DNA of 64,000 nucleotides from an uncultured Mycoplasmatota bacterium (GTDB lineage Bacteria; Bacillota_I; Bacilli_A; RF39; UBA660): NCBI GenBank assembly GCA_900552495.1, contig URZY01000005.1, positions 55,030 to 119,029 of the forward strand, read 5' to 3'. Shown piece by piece: positions 57,656 to 64,000 of this stretch (position 1 is its first letter; each line of letters starts with the position of its first letter). The notes under the pieces were generated by a model. It saw only the letters and a program-made list of their open reading frames with translations, ran no database searches and was not told where the DNA came from. The position numbers and the translations under genes were made by a program.

Positions 57656-59602
57656 TTATGATTTCATTTCAAATAAAATATCTCTTAATTCCATAGCGCG
57701 CTCAAAGTCAAGATTTTTAGCGGCTTCACGCATTTCTTGTTCTAAAATTTCCATTGTTTTAGCTAATTCTTTCTTAGTTGGCTTTTTACTATTCCTTGTA
57801 TCTCCGCCAGCAATATTGCTAATTACTTCACGAATTTCTTTAGAAATTGTTTTTGGAGTTATTCCGTGTTCAAGATTATACTTTTCTTGGATTGAACGGC
57901 GGCGAGCGGTTTCTTCAATGGCTTGCTGCATTGAATCCGTAATTTTGTCACCATACATAATTACATGTCCATTGGCATTTCTCGCACAACGACCAATAGT
58001 TTGAATTAGACTGCGATTGCTTCGTAAGAAACCTTCCTTATCAGCATCCAAAATGGCAATTAACGAAACTTCAGGAATATCAATTCCTTCACGTAATAAG
58101 TTAATTCCAACTACGACATTATATTTCCCAGTACGTAAATCATGAATTATTTGCATTCGCTCAAGAGTTTTGACCTCCGAATGAAGATAGGCAACTTTAA
58201 TATCTAACTCTTTTAAATAGTTTGTTAGCTCCTCCGCCATACGAATTGTTAGCGTTGTTACTAAAACTCTTTCGTTTCTTTCAATCCTATCTCTAATTTC
58301 TCCAACTAAATCATCTATTTGACCTTCTGTTTTTCGAACTTCAATTGTTGGATCAAGTAGACCTGTGGGGCGAATAATTTGCTCAACATAAGTTTGATTG
58401 GTTCTTTCCAATTCATAATCACCAGGAGTTGCAGAAACATAGATAGCTTGACTAATTTTCTTATCAAATTCTTCAAATTTTAAAGGTCTGTTATCTAAAG
58501 CACTTGGTAGACGAAAACCATATTCAACAAGATTCATTTTTCTTGCTCGATCGCCATTATACATACCACGGACTTGTGGTAATGTAACATGGGATTCATC
58601 GACTACAAGTAGGTAATCATCACCAAAGAAATCCATTAGGGTTACAGGTGTTTCTCCCGGCTTACGTCCAGCCATTGGAGCAGAGTAATTTTCAATTCCC
58701 GAACAAAATCCAGTCTCTTCTAGCATTTCTAAGTCATAGCGTGTTCTTTGTTCTAACCTCTCAGCAGCTAAAAGTTTGTTATTAGCTTTTAATTCTTCAA
58801 GTCGTTCCTTTAATTCCTCTTTTATTCTGACAATCGCTGCTTTTAATTTTTCGTCACTTACAACGAAATGACTGGCTGGGAAAATACTAATATTCTTTTT
58901 ATTTTCAATTACAACACCAGTTAAAGTATCAATTTCGCTTATTCTGTCAATTTCGTTATCAAAGAATTCAATCCTGTAACCAGTTGTTTTTTGATAAGCA
59001 GGGATAATCTCTAAGACGTCGCCACGCACTCTGAAAGTTCCCCTTTTAAAATCTAAATCATTTCTTTCATAAAGCATTTCAACAAGCTTTACAAGAACTT
59101 GATTTCTCTCAACTGTGTCGCCGACAGATAAAGTAAGCATTTTATTTTTATATTCTTCAACTTCTCCAATACCATAAATGCATGAGACACTAGCAACGAC
59201 AATAACATCATCCCTAGATAGTAAGGCGCTAGTTGCGGCGTGACGCAGTTCATCGATTTCATCATTTATTGAGGAATCTTTTTCAATATAAGTATCAGTT
59301 GAAGGAACATAAGCTTCTGGCTGATAATAATCATAATAGCTAACAAAATATTCAACACGATTATTAGGGAACAGCTCTTTTAGTTCTGAATAAAGTTGAC
59401 CTGCTAATGTTTTATTATGGGCAAGGACTAAAGTTTTCTTATTTACTTCCTTTATAACATTGGCAATAGTAAATGTTTTACCAGTTCCAGTAGCACCTAA
59501 TAAAACTTGTTCTTTCTTACCAGTTTTGATTCCTTGAACTAGTTTTTCAATTGCTTGAGGCTGATCACCAGATGGTGTATATTTTGATACTAATTCAAAC
59601 AT
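57656..59602 (-). CDS. uvrB: Excinuclease ABC subunit B (start trimmed to MFELVSKY; RBS GGAGG)
   Basis: [17 protein letters not shown] and GATGTGKT. Confidence 0.95.
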   Translation of the reverse strand: MFELVSKYTPSGDQPQAIEKLVQGIKTGKKEQVLLGATGTGKTFTIANVIKEVNKKTLVLAHNKTLAGQLYSELKELFPNNRVEYFVSYYDYYQPEAYVPSTDTYIEKDSSINDEIDELRHAATSALLSRDDVIVVASVSCIYGIGEVEEYKNKMLTLSVGDTVERNQVLVKLVEMLYERNDLDFKRGTFRVRGDVLEIIPAYQKTTGYRIEFFDNEIDRISEIDTLTGVVIENKKNISIFPASHFVVSDEKLKAAIVRIKEELKERLEELKANNKLLAAERLEQRTRYDLEMLEETGFCSGIENYSAPMAGRKPGETPVTLMDFFGDDYLLVVDESHVTLPQVRGMYNGDRARKMNLVEYGFRLPSALDNRPLKFEEFDKKISQAIYVSATPGDYELERTNQTYVEQIIRPTGLLDPTIEVRKTEGQIDDLVGEIRDRIERNERVLVTTLTIRMAEELTNYLKELDIKVAYLHSEVKTLERMQIIHDLRTGKYNVVVGINLLREGIDIPEVSLIAILDADKEGFLRSNRSLIQTIGRCARNANGHVIMYGDKITDSMQQAIEETARRRSIQEKYNLEHGITPKTISKEIREVISNIAGGDTRNSKKPTKKELAKTMEILEQEMREAAKNLDFERAMELRDILFEMKS

Positions 59603-59843
59603 ATTATAACCTCCATTCATTATTATTTTGAAAATTAAAGATTAATATATAACAAAAAATCACTAGTAGTTAAAATTACTACATAATTTTATCATTTTTT
59701 CAATAGAAAAACAAGAAATCAATAGTTTTACTATGTGATTAATTATTTTACAGAATTTAAAGACTGTCGATATTTAAAGTTTAGAGTTCCTTTTTTATGA
59801 AAATCTTGATATTATTTAAGAAGTAGTATGGGAGGTATGAACA

Positions 59844-60599
59844 GTGAAAATAGTTTCATGGAATGTAGCTGGCTTTCGAGCTTGTTTAAATAAGGGATTT
59901 GAAGATTTTTTCAAAAATGTTAAGGCTGATGTTTTTTGTATTCAAGAGGCAAAGCTTACAGAGGAACAATTAACTTTTTATCCCAATAATTACTACGTTT
60001 ACTTATTTCCGGCTCAAAAAAAGGGATATTCAGGCACTTTAATTTATAGTAAAATAAAGCCATTATCTGTCAAGTATGGAATTAATGATAATGAGTATGA
60101 TGCGGAAGGACGAAATATTACGTTAGAATTTGATAATTTTTACTTAATTAATAGTTATGTTCCTAATGTAAAAAGGGATTTAAGTAGGATGTCATCAAGG
60201 ATGCGTTACGAAAAGTTAATTAAATTATATATTAAAGAACTAGAGAAAAAGAAGCCGGTAGTAATTTGTGGAGATTTTAATGTAGCACATACTGAAATTG
60301 ATATAAAAAATGCAAAGGCTAATATTGGTAATGCTGGTTTTACAAACGAAGAAAGAGAAAAATTTACTGAATTATTGGATAGTGGATTAGTTGATACTTT
60401 TAGATATTTTAATGAAGATAAAAAAGACGCCTATACTTGGTGGAGTTATAGAAGAGGTGTTAGAGAAAAAAATATTGGTTGGAGGATAGATTACTTTCTA
60501 GTATCAAGACCAATTGTTAATAATGTCATTAAAACTAATATATATAATGAAATATATGGTAGTGATCATTGCCCTATTGGATTAGAAATTAGTTTTTAA
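59844..60599 (+). CDS. xth: Exodeoxyribonuclease III (ExoIII/APE1 family)
   Basis: MKIVSWNVAGFRA and the C-terminus GSDHCP. Confidence 0.85.
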   Translation: MKIVSWNVAGFRACLNKGFEDFFKNVKADVFCIQEAKLTEEQLTFYPNNYYVYLFPAQKKGYSGTLIYSKIKPLSVKYGINDNEYDAEGRNITLEFDNFYLINSYVPNVKRDLSRMSSRMRYEKLIKLYIKELEKKKPVVICGDFNVAHTEIDIKNAKANIGNAGFTNEEREKFTELLDSGLVDTFRYFNEDKKDAYTWWSYRRGVREKNIGWRIDYFLVSRPIVNNVIKTNIYNEIYGSDHCPIGLEISF

Positions 60600-60676
60600 T
60601 TAAGATAATTGGCAACTTATTTATTATTTCTTATTTTTATGGTATGCTTTATTTGAGTTTTTAAAGGAGGTAGTGT

Positions 60677-61033
60677 ATGTTATTAATAGAATATCCTAAA
60701 TGTTCGACGTGTAAAAAGGCTAAAGCATTTCTAAAAGATAATAATATTTCCTTTATGGATAGAGATATTATTAATGAAACACCAACTGCGGAAGAGCTAA
60801 GAAAATGGAAAGAAAAATTTGATATTCCAATAAAGAAATTGTTTAATACGAGTGGACTAAAATACAAAGAATTGAATTTAAAAGATAAGCTTTCTACGAT
60901 GACTGAAGATGAACAATATTTATTACTATCTAGTGATGGAATGCTTATTAAAAGACCATTACTGGTAGGAAATGATTTTATGTTAATTGGTTTTAAGGAG
61001 AAAGAATGGATAAAATTGGAGGAGATAAAATAA
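60677..61033 (+). CDS. ArsC/Spx-family thioredoxin-fold protein (CxxC)
   Basis: LLIEYPKCSTCKKAKAFL has the Spx/ArsC-family N-terminal CxxC motif; 118 aa. Confidence 0.6.
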   Translation: MLLIEYPKCSTCKKAKAFLKDNNISFMDRDIINETPTAEELRKWKEKFDIPIKKLFNTSGLKYKELNLKDKLSTMTEDEQYLLLSSDGMLIKRPLLVGNDFMLIGFKEKEWIKLEEIK

Positions 61034-61410
61034 TGAAAGAATTAATTTTAAAAAAGTGCTTAAAATGTGGTAGTTTAATAAAAATTATTGAAGATTGTAA
61101 TTGTTCAGATTGTGGAATTGTTTGTTGTGGAGAGTCAATGTCAAAGATAATTCCTAATTCAGTTGATGCAAGCGCAGAAAAGCATGTTCCTTGCTATGAA
61201 ATTATTGGTAAGGAAATGAAAATTTCAGTAAATCATGTAATGGAAGATGATCATTATATTGAATGGATTTTGGTTAAGACTGAAAACGAAAATATGGAAA
61301 AAATCTTTAAAAGTGGTGAGGTGGCAGAATTTGTTGTTCCTTATGTAAAGGGAAGTATTATTTATGCCTATTGTAATAAGCATGGTTTGTGGAAAAAAGA
61401 AGTTGAATAA
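61033..61410 (+). CDS. dfx: Desulfoferrodoxin (superoxide reductase); start at MKELIL, overlapping the upstream stop as TAATG
   Basis: The N-terminal desulforedoxin-like site is CLKCGS...CCGE. The C-terminal centre II has EKHVP. There is an RBS GGAGGAG. Confidence 0.75.
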   Translation: MKELILKKCLKCGSLIKIIEDCNCSDCGIVCCGESMSKIIPNSVDASAEKHVPCYEIIGKEMKISVNHVMEDDHYIEWILVKTENENMEKIFKSGEVAEFVVPYVKGSIIYAYCNKHGLWKKEVE

Positions 61411-61421
61411 TAATTAGATGA

Positions 61422-61451
61422 AAATAAGGATTATTAAAATCCTTATTTTTT
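61422..61451 (+). terminator. Intrinsic terminator after dfx
   Basis: AATAAGGAT-TATTAAAAT-CCTTATT followed by TTTTT. Confidence 0.5.
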
Positions 61452-61499
61452 ATGTTTTCCACAATTATGTGGAAAAAGAAAAAGAGAATTACTTCTCTT

Positions 61500-62897
61500 T
61501 TATACATGTTCAATATTTGTGTAATTTGCTATTTCTTGATTTGTTGTAGCAATATCGTCAATATTAATATCATGAATATTATTATGGCCTGTAATTCTGG
61601 CAAAGGTTTTTAGTTCACTATTTAAGACTGCTAGATAATTTTCTAAACGCTTAGCAGATTTTTCTATCTTTAAGCGGCTTTCTAGGAGTTCGTCTTGAGT
61701 AGCAACACCTACTGGACACTTGCCAGTCTGGCAGATACGATACTGTTGGCAGGCAATAGCCATCATTGCGGCGGTTCCAATTGCAACGGCATTAGCACCC
61801 ATCGCTAAGGCTTTAGCTATATCACTGGATAAGCGGAAGCCCCCTGTTATGACCAAGTCTATATCAAGATGATGCTCATCTAAATATTTTCTTGCTCTAT
61901 GAAGGGCATAAATCGTTGGAACGGATGTTGCATCCTTAATTATCTTGGGACTAGCTCCTGTTGAACCTCCACGGCCATCAATGGTAATAAAATCCGGCTC
62001 TGCAAAGGTAACATATTCTAAATCCTTTTCAATCTTTCCAGCAGCAATTTTTATGCCAATTGGTCGACCTTTACTTCTTGTTCTTAAATCGGAAACAAAG
62101 GCTTTTAAATCTTCTTTTGTATTTAAATTAGCAAACTTTGATGGACTAATAATGTCTTCACCAATTTTTTTGCCTCTAATGCTAGCAATATTTTCAGTTA
62201 CTTTACTGCCTGGTAAATGACCTCCCATACCTGGTTTGGTTCCTTGGCCTATTTTTATTTCAATAGCATCACTCTTTTGAAGATTTTCGTCAGTAACGCT
62301 ATACATATTAGGAATAATTTCAAATATATATTTGTAAGCAGCAGACTTTTCTTCTGGTAGAATTCCACCTTCGCCACTACATGTAGCTGTTTTTACACTG
62401 GCGCTACCTTCAGCAAGAGCTATTTTGGCACTTTTTGATAAAGCACCAAATGACATATGTGTAATGTAAATAGGACTTTCTATTATAAGAGGTTTCTTAG
62501 CATTTTTACCAATGATAGTTGTTAAAGAAACTGCATCTGATTCTAGTAATGGCGGTGGATTTAACTGATTTCCTAAAATAACAATATCATCCCAGGAAAT
62601 TATTGGCTTATGGGTTCCCATTGCTGAGATTATACTTTTACCAGTCCTTGCCATTTCATGAATATCAGCCATAGATAATTCCTTTGAGTCTGATTGACGA
62701 GAATATTCTTTTAGATATTCCTCAACTGTAGTTTCCTCAATATCATTAACTAATTGATCTTCAATTATCTCTTCAAATAAATCTTTACTAGCTCCGCACA
62801 TTGGACAAGTCCAATCCGCTGGTAAATCAGAAAATTTTACCTTTTCTTTGGCTTCGTCATATATATGTCCACACATTAGGCAACGATATTTCTTCAT
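61500..62897 (-). CDS. Rubredoxin-domain fused to an FMN-dependent glutamate-synthase (GltS domain 2)-like oxidoreductase
   Basis: The N-terminus has the rubredoxin motifs CLMCGHIYD...WTCPMCG. It is followed by a GltS-like TIM barrel with GIKIAAG and [26 protein letters not shown], and a C-terminal CQTGKCPVG. Confidence 0.65.
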   Translation of the reverse strand: MKKYRCLMCGHIYDEAKEKVKFSDLPADWTCPMCGASKDLFEEIIEDQLVNDIEETTVEEYLKEYSRQSDSKELSMADIHEMARTGKSIISAMGTHKPIISWDDIVILGNQLNPPPLLESDAVSLTTIIGKNAKKPLIIESPIYITHMSFGALSKSAKIALAEGSASVKTATCSGEGGILPEEKSAAYKYIFEIIPNMYSVTDENLQKSDAIEIKIGQGTKPGMGGHLPGSKVTENIASIRGKKIGEDIISPSKFANLNTKEDLKAFVSDLRTRSKGRPIGIKIAAGKIEKDLEYVTFAEPDFITIDGRGGSTGASPKIIKDATSVPTIYALHRARKYLDEHHLDIDLVITGGFRLSSDIAKALAMGANAVAIGTAAMMAIACQQYRICQTGKCPVGVATQDELLESRLKIEKSAKRLENYLAVLNSELKTFARITGHNNIHDINIDDIATTNQEIANYTNIEHV

Positions 62898-62912
62898 ATT
62901 CGTACCACAATA

Positions 62913-63452
62913 TTAATAGTTTTGACTTCTTAATTCAAAATAACTTTGAGGATGAGCACATACTGGGCATACTTTTGGAGCTTGTTTTCCAACTACGATA
63001 TGACCACAGTTTCTACAAATCCAAATTGCATCTTCATCTCTACTAAATACAACTTTATCTTCAATATTTTTAAGTAATTTTCTATATCTTTCTTCATGCT
63101 CTTTTTCAATAGCAGCAACAGCTCTAAATTTAGCAGCAATAGCTTTAAATCCTTCTTCTTCTGCTACTTTTGCAAATTCATCGTACATATCTGTCCATTC
63201 ATAATTTTCACCTTCAGCAGCAGCAAGTAAATTTTCTTCTGTTGATGGAATTTCGCCACCATTTAATTCTTTAAACCACATTTTAGCATGTTCTTTTTCA
63301 TTATTAGCTGTTTCTTCAAAGATAGCAGCAATTTGCTCATAACCATCCTTTTTAGCTTTGCTTGCAAAATAAGTATATTTATTTCTTGCTTGTGATTCGC
63401 CCGCAAATGCAGCCATTAAATTTTGTTCTGTTTTTGATCCTTTTAATTCCAT
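62913..63452 (-). CDS. rbr: Rubrerythrin
   Basis: It has a ferritin-like diiron domain ([16 protein letters not shown]) plus a C-terminal rubredoxin-like domain CRNCGH...CPVCAH. Confidence 0.85.
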   Translation of the reverse strand: MELKGSKTEQNLMAAFAGESQARNKYTYFASKAKKDGYEQIAAIFEETANNEKEHAKMWFKELNGGEIPSTEENLLAAAEGENYEWTDMYDEFAKVAEEEGFKAIAAKFRAVAAIEKEHEERYRKLLKNIEDKVVFSRDEDAIWICRNCGHIVVGKQAPKVCPVCAHPQSYFELRSQNY

Positions 63453-63455
63453 ATT

Positions 63456-63833
63456 CTATTTCCTTCCTTTCAAACAATCATTGCATAATCCGGTAAAAGT
63501 TATTTCAACACTATCTATTTGATAATCTTTTAACTCATTCTTTTGATATGTAAAATTTGATTGAAACACATCAGTAATCTTACCACATTTATCACAAATA
63601 AAGTGATGATGTCTTTTGCCATCAATTCGATCAAAGTGATCAATGCCAGATTTTGTAGTCAATCTTTGAATCTTATGATTATCAACTAAGTCATTTAAAA
63701 TTCTATAGACTGTGCCTAAACTAATATTAGATATTGTTTTTCTAGCTTCTTCATAAACTAAATTTGCTGTTAGATGATCATAACTAGATTCAATAATATC
63801 ATATACTAATTGTTTCTGCTTTGTGTTGCGCAT
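63456..63833 (-). CDS. perR: Fur-family peroxide-responsive repressor (PerR-like)
   Basis: 125 aa; the Fur fold has HHHFICDKCGKI...CNDC. Confidence 0.75.
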   Translation of the reverse strand: MRNTKQKQLVYDIIESSYDHLTANLVYEEARKTISNISLGTVYRILNDLVDNHKIQRLTTKSGIDHFDRIDGKRHHHFICDKCGKITDVFQSNFTYQKNELKDYQIDSVEITFTGLCNDCLKGRK

Positions 63834-63847
63834 AACTTTCTCCTTAA

Positions 63848-63862
63848 TAGTAATGATTACTA
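63848..63862. promoter_or_regulatory. PerR/Fur-box-like 7-1-7 palindrome TAGTAAT-G-ATTACTA abutting the perR RBS (probable autoregulation)
   Basis: It is a perfect palindrome and resembles the B. subtilis Per box TTATAATnATTATAA. It sits 15 nt upstream of the perR start codon. Confidence 0.4.
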
Positions 63863-64000
63863 TTTAAGTATACATCAAAGATGAAAAAAAAGCAATAAAA
63901 AACATTAAAGAATGTTTTTTTGTCAATGTTTTTATTTTTTTGATAATTTTCGTTTTAGATTTTTATGATCTTTAAATAAAAATATAGCAAATATGCAGGA

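Noticed and set aside
59621-59843. Searched for a LexA/DinR box (GAAC-N4-GTTC) in the uvrB-xth divergent region, and upstream of uvrA and the Y-family polymerase gene
   Set aside because: No match was found. Only an imperfect GTAGT...ACTAC repeat is present, and it is too weak to call.
1-64000. CRISPR arrays, tRNA and rRNA genes
   Set aside because: No regularly spaced direct repeats, no cloverleaf-compatible GC-rich 70-90-nt islands and no rRNA-like GC-rich blocks were seen. The only GC-rich non-coding island is the S10 leader.

Overview
This window is very AT-rich (roughly 28-30% GC by eye) and almost entirely minus-strand coded. The gene content is that of a low-GC, anaerobic, endospore-forming Firmicute: spo0A, whiA, a SpoIID-like gene, a perR-rbr-dfx oxidative-stress cluster, and gap-pgk-tpiA-gpmI. 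The core is a near-complete S10-spc-alpha ribosomal-protein cluster, rpsJ to rplQ, at 23.7-37.9 kb with its sigma-A promoter and a GC-rich 5' leader. rpmD (L30) is absent between rpsE and rplO. After rplQ come a hypothetical protein, an SDR, two degenerate ABC-ATPase paralogs where ecfA1/ecfA2 would be expected (no ecfT), truA, an unrecognised three-gene cassette, then rplM-rpsI. The right part holds gap-pgk-tpiA-gpmI interrupted by a GNAT-like gene, spo0A, a DUF4143 AAA ATPase and an IS3-family element next to a Y-family polymerase/HTH pair. Then come a TGS-uridine-kinase gene, clpP, whiA-yvcK-lgt, uvrA and uvrB separated by a radical-SAM/SPASM two-gene insertion, xth, and a perR-rbr-(rubredoxin-GltS)-dfx-spx-like oxidative-stress cluster. 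The left 16 kb is an accessory region. It holds a truncated surface protein, a frameshifted DUF11 surface protein, a GmrSD-like (DUF262/DUF1524) type IV restriction candidate, and an Abi_2-HtrA-CorA-Big_2 operon. It also holds leaderless phospholipase-C-like and SpoIID-like genes and, most notably, a stripped-down type VII secretion (T7SSb-like) locus. That locus has essC, a YukD/EsaB-like gene and two tiny helical proteins but no essB, esaA or essA. Directly upstream of essC is a translationally coupled holin-like protein plus a signal-peptide-less M23 peptidase. No rRNA, tRNA or CRISPR features were found.
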